A DNA stretch of 62,464 nt, filler included, from an uncultured bacterium (GTDB taxonomy: Bacteria > Hinthialibacterota > Hinthialibacteria > Hinthialibacterales > Hinthialibacteraceae): assembly GCA_964449065.1 (NCBI GenBank). It is 15 parts of 15 records of this genome, joined end to end, with 100 filler letters (N's around TTAATTAATTAA, not from the genome) between each part and the next. Parts side by side here need not be neighbours in the genome. Positions count along the whole stretch, not along the records: positions 16,987 to 21,103 come from CAYVAZ010000408.1; positions 21,204 to 25,308 come from CAYVAZ010000409.1; positions 25,409 to 29,508 come from CAYVAZ010000410.1; positions 29,609 to 33,697 come from CAYVAZ010000411.1; 11 more parts are not named here. One strand, written 5' to 3'. Shown here one piece after another: positions 20,003-29,712 of this stretch; positions within the stretch are counted from its first letter, which is position 1; each line of letters opens with the position of its first letter. The notes beneath the pieces were generated by a model. That model had not been told where the DNA came from and ran no database searches. It saw only the letters and a list, made by a program, of their open reading frames with translations. The position numbers and the translations under genes are program-made.

Positions 20003-20029
20003 AAAGGGTGAACGATAAATTCACCCTTT
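20003..20029. terminator. Bidirectional intrinsic terminator
   Basis: AAAGGGTGAA-CGATAAA-TTCACCCTTT between convergent genes. Confidence 0.7.
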
Positions 20030-20030
20030 G

Positions 20031-20436
20031 CTATTCTTTTCTGAAGTATTTTTGAATAGCAAAGGTACTTCCACCGCCAGTAAACATTCCAGTTATAAAT
20101 ACAAGTATTTTTTCATACGTTTCTGGATACTTATCTAAAAAATGTAGTGGTCAGATAATGAAAGGCTCCAAACAAAGCACCTAAAAACAGAATGAAATAT
20201 AAAGCATTCCACCAACGTTGTTCACGAGCAAACTGGAATCCTCTTTCCTGATTTTTCTCATCATTTTTAAAGGCTTCACTTAAATGCTCAGGGGTTAATT
20301 TATCCCAAAATTAAGGAGGAGGCAAAGCCCCCGATTGTGTATGTAATACTTGATTAATGATATGCTGTGTACTTGAAGACACAGAATCATCATCTACGAT
20401 TTCAGGTTCTTTAGATTCTGAACTATTTTCATTCAT
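20031..20436 (-). pseudogene. DUF2335-like membrane protein pseudogene
   Basis: 'SGALPPP*FWDKLTPEHL...WWNALYFILFLGALF' has an in-frame TAA; a later frameshift in a T-run restores 'LDKYPETYEKILVFITGMFTGGG...KE*'. Confidence 0.6.
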
Positions 20437-20915
20437 ATCAATGGAATGTTCTTCTCATGAAAGTATTTTTAATCTTATTCATCAAAAAAAGACCAACAGA
20501 GAAGCGAAATAAATGTTGTTTTTCACAAGCAGGGATATTTTTATCATTACGAATAATACTAAAACTGTCTTGCATCTTTTTAAATTCTGGTGACGCAAAA
20601 TTTCGGTATGATTTAGATTGATTTCTTCTATACAAACTTGAAATTAACCTTGTCATGAAAACCTCCACTTTCTATGTACATTCATATATCTTCACGTACA
20701 ATACGTAAAAAGGTATACAAAAATTTAGGCGAACAAACAACCGTACCATCACACGGGAATTTCCTCCCGATCATTTCAGTCAATAAATACATCATTTTTT
20801 CAGACTTTAGTATAAGTATAAGTCAACAAAACACTTCAGTCAACAAATATTTGTAGAATTCTACACTATTGGTGTCGGATTGTTTGTCTTTTAAATTTAA
20901 GATTTTCATTATAAT

Positions 20916-21103
20916 CTCACGTTACGCACTACATTATGATATGCCCGTTTTTCTAATCGTTCGCTGAATCTATCACCCTCGCCCACCGGGAGAGGGCCGG
21001 GGTGAGGGGTCGGGAGGAATAAACCTCTAATGACGCTACTGCGTCATGGGGAGCAACCGCTCTCTTCACCCTCATCTCTTATCTTCTCCCAAAGGGAGAA
21101 GAC
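20916..21103. mobile_element. Family-1 MITE-like element, left part (TIR CTCACGTTACGCA)
   Basis: TIR plus internal CCCTC...GAGGG hairpins; 21015-21103 is homologous to 21204-21292 and about 37997-38086. Confidence 0.75.
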
Positions 21104-21203
21104 NNNNNNNNNNNNNNNNNNNNNNNNNNNNNNNNNNNNNNNNNNNNTTAATTAATTAANNNNNNNNNNNNNNNNNNNNNNNNNNNNNNNNNNNNNNNNN
21201 NNN

Positions 21204-21380
21204 AGGAATAAACCTCTAATTACGCGACTGTGTCATAGGGAGCAATCGCTCTCATCGCCCTCATCTCTTATCTTCTCCCAAAGGGAGAAGACGATAGACA
21301 CTGCGTTTGACTTAGAATAGTTTGCTCACAACAAAAACCATTTTTCAAACAATAGTCAATCATTATTTGCGTAACATCAG
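21204..21380. mobile_element. Family-1 MITE-like element, right part (TIR TGCGTAACATCAG + TTA)
   Basis: Homologous to 37974-38172 and, inverted, to 62411-62464. Confidence 0.78.
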
Positions 21381-21409
21381 TTATTACTTTACGGATTATG
21401 GCTCTCTTC

Positions 21410-21825
21410 ACACCCCCTCTGTCCTCCTTACGTCGGACATCTCCCCCAAAACGATTGGGGGAGAAATGGCATCGGCAGGCTGGAAGCCGATGAACCCCTT
21501 TTATGGAGGAATCACACAGAATTTATTTGAATCCGTATTATTTTTCAACTGCTCTGCATTTCATAATTATATTATATTCAGAAAGTTATGGCATACTTTT
21601 CAATATCAACTGCTTTTTTAAGGATGAATTATACCAATTGAAGTGGTATTAGTTTGATTAAGGAGGGATGGAAGCACGCTTCCAACCGCGCAAAATCCCC
21701 CGGAGCCTACGGCTCCACACCCTTATGCAAGGGGGTATAAAACCATTTGCAATAAGAATGTTGGTTCAAGTCAAATGAGCAGAGATGGTCATGGTGGGCT
21801 ACGCTTCGCTTGGAGCCCTACAGTT
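21410..21825. repeat. Cluster of dispersed repeats: REP-like hairpins, a family-2 right end (21521-21540), a 17-bp family-2 remnant (21632-21648) and a GTAG-type REP (about 21775-21823)
   Basis: Segments match 8531-8564, 45750-45813, 29609-29655 (inverted) and 58722-58775 (inverted). Confidence 0.7.
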
Positions 21826-22037
21826 TCATGATCCCGTATGGTTGCGTGAAAGATCACTCCCTTTTTGTATGCAGCTAGGTAAAACACCGCGCTTACCCGA
21901 AATATAAAATATCAAATGGCGTGTTGCAAGTTGCACTTCATCCATGCAATCGTAAAGCCTGGTTAACCCAAACGGAAAAAGCCGGGCATCCGCCATCCTG
22001 TTTTCCATCTTTGTCTGACAGGAACAGTGGAGCGTTG

Positions 22038-22643
22038 TCACGATCGGGAATACATTCCCCGTCCCTTGCGGGATTCGGCTGTGTTTTCACGGGTTGACAT
22101 GTCAATGGTGAACATACGGCGTGTGCTTCCGTTGCTGACGGTTTCTTCTTTGTCTTCGAATTCGGTTTGCGGCAAATCAACCTCAGGAGCACTGAGTTGT
22201 TCGTTGAGATAGCGAATGGCATCGCGCATAAAGCTGATGGCGCGCTCATAGTTTTGTGTTTGGGCAAGGTTTTTGGCTTCAAAAACTTCGTTGCAGAGAT
22301 CGTTGACAGCTTCTTGCGGCTTAATCCGCTCCATCTTATCTAAATCCAAATACCCTTGATTGAGGCAATAGGCCACCAATTCACGCTTCAGTTGAACCGG
22401 CCCCCATTTCACATTATCAATCAAGTGATTGATCTTCATGCTGGTGTCATGATCATGAAGACATTTGTAGATTTCCAATAGATTTTCGTAAAATCGAAAC
22501 TCGCAGGAACCGGCTTCGCTGGGGCATTCTTCTTTGGGGTGATATACCGGATAGAGATTTAAGACGGGGTCGTATTCGGCGTTAAAGCCTTTGCCGCAAA
22601 TCACGCAATTCTGATGCTTTTTCTTTTGGACTTTCACTGACAT
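22038..22643 (-). CDS. Hypothetical protein with N-terminal Cys/Zn-ribbon, YvyF-like architecture
   Basis: 'CVICGKGF...CP...C' followed by a helical region; GGAGG RBS; the YvyF resemblance is weak. Confidence 0.6.
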   Translation of the reverse strand: MSVKVQKKKHQNCVICGKGFNAEYDPVLNLYPVYHPKEECPSEAGSCEFRFYENLLEIYKCLHDHDTSMKINHLIDNVKWGPVQLKRELVAYCLNQGYLDLDKMERIKPQEAVNDLCNEVFEAKNLAQTQNYERAISFMRDAIRYLNEQLSAPEVDLPQTEFEDKEETVSNGSTRRMFTIDMSTRENTAESRKGRGMYSRS

Positions 22644-22943
22644 GAGTGACCTCCAATATCACAGATTTTCCCTCAAACCTGTGTACAACATGTGGATACA
22701 AACATCCAAGTCACTCAACCAATTTAAACAACAGAACAATAAGTGTAATCATATAATCTCATACATTTCCTAATGCCGCTCGATGATAATAGCATAAAAT
22801 ATAAATGGCAATAGTGAAAATAATAATTATTTTTGTAAATTATAATGACAAAAAGAGCCATTTGTATCGGGATAGTCCCCACGCAAATGGCTCTTTTTGA
22901 TTTTTCGAGAGTTTTCTTTTTTATGAAGTTGATAAATTTTTTT

Positions 22944-23798
22944 CTAAACCCCTACAGCGTACAATTCGTCACGAAAGCTTTCGATTTTTTTGTCTTCTTC
23001 AGCCACACCGTTAGATTTTGGGATGAGGAATTCCGGCGCATTCAAATCGGCAATGGAATCGACGATGTAATCCGGCTTGTAGGCAAAGTTTTTGAGGTCT
23101 TCGCGTTTGGTTCCTCCGGAAAGGACCAATACGGTGCGGTATCCCATTTGCACGCCGCCAAGGATATCGGTTTCCATGGTATCGCCGACGATGGTGGTTT
23201 CGGTAGCGGTTAAACCGAGTTCTTTGCGGGCCGCACGGATCATAACCGGACTGGGTTTGCCCACGCTAAACGCGTTTACACCGGTTGCGCGTTCCAAGAG
23301 GGAAACATACGCGCCGCAACCGGGACGGATTCCGGCCGGAGTCGGGCAGCTGGGATCCAGGTTGGTGGCGATGAGTTTTGCGCCTTTAGATATCAGAACC
23401 ACCGCTTTTTCAACCATTTCCAGCGTAAAGGCGCGTCCTTCTCCGACGACTACATAATCGGGATCATGGTCGACGATGGCATAGCCGTAATCATGAAGAG
23501 CGTTTAACAACCCGCCTTCCCCGATAACATAGGCGGTTCCGTTTGGCTTTTGATGTGCCAAGAACTGAGCGGTTGCCGTGGCACAGGTGAAAATGTGAAA
23601 ATCCTGAATGCCTTTAAAGCCCATGCGGTTTAATTTGGTAGCAATATCGCGGCGGGTACGCTGGCTGTTGTTGGTGAGGAACATAAAGGGGATATCCCGT
23701 TCCATTAGCGTATTGACAAAGCGGTCGGCGCCGGGGATCAATTCACTTCCTTTGTAGATCACTCCATCCATATCGATTAAGAATCCATTTTTCTTCAT
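22944..23798 (-). CDS. nagD: HAD-IIA hydrolase (NagD-like)
   Basis: 'FLIDMDGVIY', 'LTNNS', 'ATNLD', 'GKPSP', 'VGDTMETDI'. Confidence 0.88.
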   Translation of the reverse strand: MKKNGFLIDMDGVIYKGSELIPGADRFVNTLMERDIPFMFLTNNSQRTRRDIATKLNRMGFKGIQDFHIFTCATATAQFLAHQKPNGTAYVIGEGGLLNALHDYGYAIVDHDPDYVVVGEGRAFTLEMVEKAVVLISKGAKLIATNLDPSCPTPAGIRPGCGAYVSLLERATGVNAFSVGKPSPVMIRAARKELGLTATETTIVGDTMETDILGGVQMGYRTVLVLSGGTKREDLKNFAYKPDYIVDSIADLNAPEFLIPKSNGVAEEDKKIESFRDELYAVGV

Positions 23799-24246
23799 AG
23801 TGTGCACCTCTATATAGTCGTTTTTTCTGATTTTGAATTTAAGATACTCGGTTTCTATGCAGTTATCATGCCAACATTCATGTTCACGTTCCATTAAGAA
23901 TGAATTTATCTGATTCTGAACGATAATTGATTCATATTAAACGAATTCAAACAAACTGGTTTAAATCCAGTCATAAATGTAATATTTTTATGCGATAGAT
24001 TTTGGATAAATGATGGATTGTCATCATACATCCAACTACGAAATGTTCATTCTGAGATAGTCCGTACCGAAGATGGACAGTTTTTTAACTAAATTTATGT
24101 ACTTTTTTGAAAATATTCCGAAGTTACACTTTCCTAAATATAAATTTTATGCTTAGGAAAACGCAGGTAGACGTTAGAATAAAAGAGTTATCATTTCATA
24201 AAAGACCCGAACTATCCTGAATCCAAAATCAATAGGCGAACCATTT

Positions 24247-25251
24247 ATGCAGAACCCCAAACCATCACAATATAGCGGTTGTCTGATTGGACAAACATTG
24301 GGCGACGCTCTGGGATTTCCCGTGGAAGGTTTTCCCCGGGTGATTTGCCAGGAATATGTACAGGATGTTTTGCAGGCAGGACGAGCAGGTATGCAAGGGC
24401 GGGAACCCTTTTCCTTTGGGCAATATACCGATGATTCGCAACTCGCGCGTGAGTTGATACAAAGTTACGTATCTAAAAAGGGGTTTCAGGCACGTGATTT
24501 TGCCGACCGTATTGCTGCAATCTTTAGAGAAGACCGTATTGTTGGAAGGGGACGGACGACAGAGCAAGCAGCCCTGCGTCTGCAAGAAGGGGTATCTTGG
24601 GATCATGCCGGGACGCCTCCACCCGCCGCGGGCAATGGAAGCGCGATGCGGGCGGCTCCAGTGGGCTTGTTTTGTTATGACGATCCTAAAGCACTTATCA
24701 ATACGGCGCAGGATCAAGGGCGAATCACGCATCAAGATTCAAGATGCTGTGCCGGTTCCGTTGCCATAGCAGGTGCAACAGCCTTAGCATTGCGGCACGA
24801 GACAATCGAACCGTATTCTTTTTTGGAACAATTGGGCGAATGGGTGGATGAGATGGATGAAGCGTTTGCGATGTTTATTCAACAAATGAGCGAATGGGTT
24901 GAAATGCCACCCAAAGAAGCCGGTATGCTGATCAAGCGCGCGGGCAGCGGGCAGCAAGCGGATGAATTTGACGGAGTCACGCCGTTTGTGGTCAGCAGTG
25001 TGTTGTGGAGTTTGTATTCGTTCCTGCGTCATCCCGATTCGTATTGGGACACGGTTTGCCTGGCGATATCCATCGGCGGGGATGTGGATACCACCGCGGC
25101 GATGGCCGGGGCAATCAGCGGGGCGCATTTGGGGATTGAAGCAATGCCCCTTGAACTCGCGCGGAAGCTGAACGATCAAGGCACATGGGGGTATGAGGAA
25201 TTGATAAAACTGGCGGAGGATTGTTACCGCGTAAAAATGCAAGGCGCTTAA
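24247..25251 (+). CDS. ADP-ribosylglycohydrolase family protein
   Basis: 'GDALG', 'YTDDSQL', 'GNGSAMR', 'GGDVDTTAAMAGA'. Confidence 0.92.
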   Translation: MQNPKPSQYSGCLIGQTLGDALGFPVEGFPRVICQEYVQDVLQAGRAGMQGREPFSFGQYTDDSQLARELIQSYVSKKGFQARDFADRIAAIFREDRIVGRGRTTEQAALRLQEGVSWDHAGTPPPAAGNGSAMRAAPVGLFCYDDPKALINTAQDQGRITHQDSRCCAGSVAIAGATALALRHETIEPYSFLEQLGEWVDEMDEAFAMFIQQMSEWVEMPPKEAGMLIKRAGSGQQADEFDGVTPFVVSSVLWSLYSFLRHPDSYWDTVCLAISIGGDVDTTAAMAGAISGAHLGIEAMPLELARKLNDQGTWGYEELIKLAEDCYRVKMQGA

Positions 25252-25258
25252 TCAGTAA

Positions 25259-25308
25259 CTCATGTTACGCAAAATTCTATACGGTAGGTATTGTTGCGAG
25301 ATTTAAAT
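25259..25308. mobile_element. Family-1 MITE end (TAA + CTCATGTTACGCA) at a contig end
   Basis: Same 13-bp TIR, different internal sequence. Confidence 0.6.
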
Positions 25309-25419
25309 NNNNNNNNNNNNNNNNNNNNNNNNNNNNNNNNNNNNNNNNNNNNTTAATTAATTAANNNNNNNNNNNNNNNNNNNNNNNNNNNNNNNNNNNN
25401 NNNNNNNNCACCCTGGCGG

Positions 25420-25492
25420 AGCGGGAGACCGGGTTCGAACCGGCGACGTTCAGCTTGGAAGGCTGACGCTCTACCAACTGAGCTACTCCCGC
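25420..25492 (-). tRNA. tRNA-Gly(TCC)
   Basis: GCGGGAG acceptor stem, D-arm AGCTCAGTTGGTAGAGC, anticodon TCC, GGTTCGAAC T-loop. Confidence 0.97.
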
Positions 25493-25530
25493 AAAGAGCG
25501 CCCCGCTGCCACGATGGCGAGCCGAGACGG

Positions 25531-25613
25531 TGGAGGGTAGTGGATTCGAACCACTGTAGGCATCCGCCGGCAGATTTACAGTCTGCTCCCTTTGGCCGCT
25601 CGGGCAACCCTCC
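25531..25613 (-). tRNA. tRNA-Tyr(GTA)
   Basis: GGAGGG acceptor, anticodon arm GCAGA-CTGTAAA-TCTGC, long variable arm, GGTTCGAATCC. Confidence 0.97.
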
Positions 25614-25686
25614 GTGTTCGTTCTCATTTCAACCCCACCGAGCCAGCTCGCCGGGTGGTCCACGGCCGAGTGGTGACCGCTACGCG

Positions 25687-25759
25687 AGCTGGCGAAGGGA
25701 CTTGAACCCATAACCCCCTGTTTACAAAACAGGCGCTCTACCGATTGAGCTACGCCAGC
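25687..25759 (-). tRNA. tRNA-Thr(TGT)
   Basis: GCTGGCG acceptor, anticodon arm CCTGT-TTTGTAA-ACAGG, GGTTCAAGTCC; Thr-Tyr-Gly order as in tuf-linked tRNA operons. Confidence 0.96.
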
Positions 25760-25876
25760 CTCTTCGCCACCGGCGGAACCGGCGGTGCCCAGCCCGACTG
25801 ACCGGTCCCCACCACTAACACGTGAGGAGCCCCGAGGCGACCACGGGCGGTCGACCTCGCGAGCGCAAGGGCGCGT

Positions 25877-25905
25877 TATTTACGCTCCGGCCCAAGCGGT
25901 GTCAA
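25877..25905 (-). promoter_or_regulatory. Sigma70-type promoter for the tRNA operon
   Basis: TTGACA-17 nt-TAAATA on the minus strand. Confidence 0.6.
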
Positions 25906-26369
25906 GGCAGAAGGCTGCAAGAGGTGGGCCCAGAGGGCATGCGAGACGACAAGCTCACGAAATCACGAGCTTTCTCACCAATTGCGGTCAGCGTTCGCCC
26001 TCCGGCGAGCGCCGCTTGGATACCGGCGCCCACCCATCCAGGATCGGTGAGAAGGCATCGGGCTCCGGGGAGGGCTCCGCCGCACCCATCGGTGCCGTCG
26101 GGAGCGTTCGGGCGTCGCCCGACCTAGGTGTCCGCAAAGGAGCTGACTCGTCCATGCTCAATACCCTCCAAAGAGCCCCGTCACGCGAGGCGCGCGCGGA
26201 GACCGAAACCCGGTGCGCCCCAAAGCTCGACGACGAAGCGGCGGGCGTGTCTTCCCGAGCTCGGAAGCGCCCGAGTCAAGAAGCGGAAACCATCCACGGC
26301 GGAGCATGCGGGAGGCATGCCACCAAGGCAAGGTCCCTGTTCTAGGACCTCATCAGCGCCGACCGTTCA

Positions 26370-27554
26370 CTAAGGGACGGAGGTACCTTCGGGTAACCGT
26401 TCCTCGGGCTGCTCCAAGAGTCGGACCCGCGCAAGCTCCAGGTCCCCGCGAATTCGTTCGGTCCACTCGCTCGAAGCCTGAGTGCGCTCGACCATGAGGA
26501 GGGTGAGCTCCCAGTACCGGATCGCATGCCGGATGAGAGGCTTCACCCAGCGTTGGAGTTCAAGGCGGTACTCAGCGAGCCACACCGCCCGAAGCTCCTC
26601 ATCCTCTGGAACGTCCTCCGGCGGTGGAGGAGCGCTGGTGATCGCCTCCCAAAACACATTGTACATCTCACCGATTCGGTAGCCCGCCGCACCGGCCCAG
26701 TGGGCGTTGCGAAAGCCGATCGTGTTGAAATATTCCCGCTGTGCCGAGAGCATGAGCTCCGAGCGACGCTCGAGCGCCTCGTGCTGCTCGTCGGGCGCCG
26801 CCGCGGGAATGCCGATGCGTTCACCGCGTCGTCGGAGAGCTTCGGCCAAGACGAAGTTGGCTACGGCTGCGAAACGGTCGTCGGCGATCGGCTCACCCTC
26901 CGGGCGGGCGCGGAAGAACAGAAGGGCGTTTCGAGCCTCGCGCTCGGCGTCCTCGAGCTGCCCTAGTCCCAGCTGGGCCTGAGCGAGTCGAGCCAGCGCT
27001 TCGAGGCGCTCGGTTGGACTGAGGTCTTCGCGCTCCAGCAGGTCTCGAGCGCGCAGCTGCGCGTCGGCGAAGCGCTCGAGCTCGACGAGGAGCTGCGCCA
27101 GTTGAAAACCCGCGTGACGAACGTCGTCCTCGCCACCCCCACCTTCGACCAGTCGCTCGTACCAGAGGATCGCCTCCTCAAACTCCCCTCGATCCTGAAA
27201 GCAGAACCCTGCGTTGTAGAGGCCAGGGGAGCGAAATCGACTCGTCGGGAACTCGTCCGCGAGCCGGTCGTAAACCTCGGCAGCCTCCGTGCATCGACCA
27301 CCCGTCTGAAGCGACAACGCGCGACTGAAGAGCGACTGCGCGTCGTAGGAGTCCAGCTCGAACCGCCCATCCTCCCTTTCCCGCGCGGTGATCCGGACCG
27401 GCTCCATCGCCACAACCTCATCGGAGGGGTGGGCGGCCGTCGCGGGCGACGCCAGCGCCCCACCGCAGCCAAGGGACCCAAAGAGGCACGCCACCAGGCC
27501 CGAACGAACAGACCTCCTCGCCGAAAGACCGCGCACTCTCCTCCAGACAGTCAT
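26370..27554 (-). CDS. TPR-containing lipoprotein, myxobacterial type
   Basis: Lipobox 'SLGC'; TPR motifs 'GLYNAGFCFQDRGEFEEAILWYERL' and 'AAGYRIGEMY'; true start placed near 27554. Confidence 0.75.
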   Translation of the reverse strand: MTVWRRVRGLSARRSVRSGLVACLFGSLGCGGALASPATAAHPSDEVVAMEPVRITAREREDGRFELDSYDAQSLFSRALSLQTGGRCTEAAEVYDRLADEFPTSRFRSPGLYNAGFCFQDRGEFEEAILWYERLVEGGGGEDDVRHAGFQLAQLLVELERFADAQLRARDLLEREDLSPTERLEALARLAQAQLGLGQLEDAEREARNALLFFRARPEGEPIADDRFAAVANFVLAEALRRRGERIGIPAAAPDEQHEALERRSELMLSAQREYFNTIGFRNAHWAGAAGYRIGEMYNVFWEAITSAPPPPEDVPEDEELRAVWLAEYRLELQRWVKPLIRHAIRYWELTLLMVERTQASSEWTERIRGDLELARVRLLEQPEERLPEGTSVP

Positions 27555-27830
27555 CGCATCAAAACGTTCCGCAGAACCACCGCCCCAACAACTTCGGGGA
27601 AGGCCGTTCCCAGCCGTCCGTAGACTACGACGGCGACGTCCTTCGAGCGTAACAGCGTTACGCCGGGTGTTACGCGGCTCCCCGTAACGAATCGCCGTAC
27701 CACCCGTTGAGCGCCCTCGGTTCGGAGCGTAACTCCCAGCAAAAACAGGCCCCAGCCGTCTTGGCACCTCCCGTGCTCGAGCACCTTTCAACGGCCGCAT
27801 TGAGGCCACTCTAAGGGAGGAACTCTTATC

Positions 27831-28442
27831 ATGACGAGCAAGTTCGGGCTGGAGACGTGGTCGGACGATGAGCTGCTCGAGCGGATGCTCGAGAGAGAGG
27901 GTGGAGCCTGGCGCGAGTTCCACCGACGCTTCGACCGCCTCATCTTCCGCTGCATCCACAAGATCACCTGCCGGTTCAGCAGCGTGGTCGGCAACGACGA
28001 TGTCCGCGAGATCTACGCGATGCTGCTCATGAACCTGACCGCCCGTGACATGCACAAGCTCCGCTGCTTTCAGCCGGAGCGCGGCAACAAGCTGAGTTCC
28101 TGGATCGGACTCCTCGCCACGAACACCGCGCGGGACTACCTCCGGGGATGTCGTCGCCAACCCCGAACGATCCAGCTGGCCGACGCTTGTGACGTTCGCA
28201 CCCAGCAGGCGGACGCGTGTGACCGCCTCCTCCAGAAGGAGCGATGGCGCCTCGTCGCCGAGACCCTCCAAACATTCTCCCAGAAGGACCGTTACTTCGT
28301 GCAGCTGTACTTCCTCGACGGCCTGACTCCGGAGGAGATCGCGGCGGAGATGTCCATCTCGGTGAAGACGGTCTACTCCAAGAAGCACAAGATCCGCTGC
28401 CGCCTCGAGCGAGCGATGGGGCGGGAGCCGATCGCGGCCTAG
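27831..28442 (+). CDS. ECF-type RNA polymerase sigma-70 factor
   Basis: 'SDDELL', 'AWREFHRRF', 'LSSWIGLLATNTARDYLR', region 4 'GLTPEEIAAEMSISVKTVYSKKHK'. Confidence 0.92.
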   Translation: MTSKFGLETWSDDELLERMLEREGGAWREFHRRFDRLIFRCIHKITCRFSSVVGNDDVREIYAMLLMNLTARDMHKLRCFQPERGNKLSSWIGLLATNTARDYLRGCRRQPRTIQLADACDVRTQQADACDRLLQKERWRLVAETLQTFSQKDRYFVQLYFLDGLTPEEIAAEMSISVKTVYSKKHKIRCRLERAMGREPIAA

Positions 28443-28479
28443 GGCTACCCTGACCGGCGGTCCGGGGTAAGCTCCGTCC

Positions 28480-29070
28480 ATGGCGCCGCCCGCCTGGATC
28501 CTCGTCCCAGCCGCCTATCTCCTGGGTTCCGTCTCATTCGCGATCCTCGCAGCCAAACGTCAAGGGGTGGACATCCTGGCCGCTGGAAGTGGAAACCCGG
28601 GCGCGACAAACATCTCGCGTGTGTTGGGGAAGCGGACTGGCCGGTTGGTTCTCGCCCTCGATGTCCTCAAGGGTATCCTCCCTGCCCTCGCCGCGCGCGC
28701 CCTCGAGGGGCCCGAGTCAGTGCTCGCAGCCTCGGTCGGGGTTGCCGCGGTCACAGGCCACATCGCGCCGATCTGGCACCGGTGGCGAGGGGGGAAAGGA
28801 GTGGCGACCGCAGCCGGCGTCACCCTCGCGCTCATCCCACTCGCAGGCCTCGCCGGGGCGCTGGTCTACCTCGCGGTCAAGCGCCTGACAGGTTGGACGA
28901 GCGCTGGCTCCATGGCGGGAGCAGTCGCAGCCCTCGCCGTCTCCGCAGCATTGTACGGTCCGACCTCCCCTCCCACCCTGATGACCCTTACCTTCGTCGG
29001 GTTGATCGTCGTCCGGCACGGCTCCAACCTGCGGCGGATCGCCGACGGGGAGGAGCCGGAGGCGAAGTAG
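28480..29070 (+). CDS. plsY: Glycerol-3-phosphate acyltransferase PlsY
   Basis: 'YLLGS', 'GSGNPGATN', 'DVLKG', 'GGKGVAT', 'RHGSNLRR'. Confidence 0.95.
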   Translation: MAPPAWILVPAAYLLGSVSFAILAAKRQGVDILAAGSGNPGATNISRVLGKRTGRLVLALDVLKGILPALAARALEGPESVLAASVGVAAVTGHIAPIWHRWRGGKGVATAAGVTLALIPLAGLAGALVYLAVKRLTGWTSAGSMAGAVAALAVSAALYGPTSPPTLMTLTFVGLIVVRHGSNLRRIADGEEPEAK

Positions 29071-29087
29071 GCTGAAGTGAGGACGAA

Positions 29088-29508
29088 GTGGGCTCCGGAG
29101 GACCGGCCACGAACAACCAGGCAGCTCTCGCCATCGTCCTCCTTGCCGTCGGGGGATGCGGCAGCGCTCCCCCTGCCCCGACGGAGGTTGCGGCGCTGGG
29201 TAACAGTGGGCTCCGCATCGCCTGGGTCCACAGCGACACCCCGGGGGCGCTGCTGCTTCAGCTCTGGGTGGACGCTGGGTCGCGAGACGCGTCTCCTCCC
29301 CACGTGGCGTCCTTGGCGGCGTGGTCCGCAGCAAGCGCAGGGGGTGTCGAAGTGGCGGTGTACCCGGACGGTCTTCGATTCGAGACCGGGTGCACCCCGG
29401 CTCGGTTGAGGCAGTGTTTGGCCGCACTAGAGCGCGCGGTCAGCTATCGTGGCGCCCCAAGCGCCGCGGTCCGCGCCAGGCTCCAGCGGGAACGCGCTGC
29501 TCGGAGGC
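29088..29508 (+). CDS. Lipoprotein, M16 peptidase-like (probably inactive domain); 3'-truncated
   Basis: Lipobox 'VGGC'; 'LGNSGLRI...LWVDAGSRD' resembles the M16 N-terminus but lacks HxxEH. Confidence 0.5.
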
Positions 29509-29608
29509 NNNNNNNNNNNNNNNNNNNNNNNNNNNNNNNNNNNNNNNNNNNNTTAATTAATTAANNNNNNNNNNNNNNNNNNNNNNNNNNNNNNNNNNNN
29601 NNNNNNNN

Positions 29609-29712
29609 GCTCCGGGGGATTTTGCGTTGTTGAAAGCGTGCTTCGATCCCCCCCTACCCCCCCCTTAATAAGGGGGGATAACAACGACAGTCTCTTCGTT
29701 GCGTAACATGAG
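29609..29712. mobile_element. Family-1 TIR (TGCGTAACATGAG) enclosing a CCCCCCTTAATAAGGGGGG hairpin; the flanking TTA is the holB stop codon
   Basis: Internal part matches 41981-42035 (inverted) and 21661-21706 (inverted). Confidence 0.7.

Noticed and set aside
21015..21292. Direct join of the contigs on either side of the spacer at 21104
   Set aside because: The 89-bp shared segments differ at several positions, so they are separate repeat copies
21826..22037. Riboswitch or ncRNA downstream of the 201-aa gene
   Set aside because: Some pairing potential but no recognisable conserved motif; an Rfam search would be needed
27555..28481. N-terminal extension making a 703-aa ORF
   Set aside because: Antisense to the clear ECF sigma gene; the lipoprotein signal places the real start near 27554
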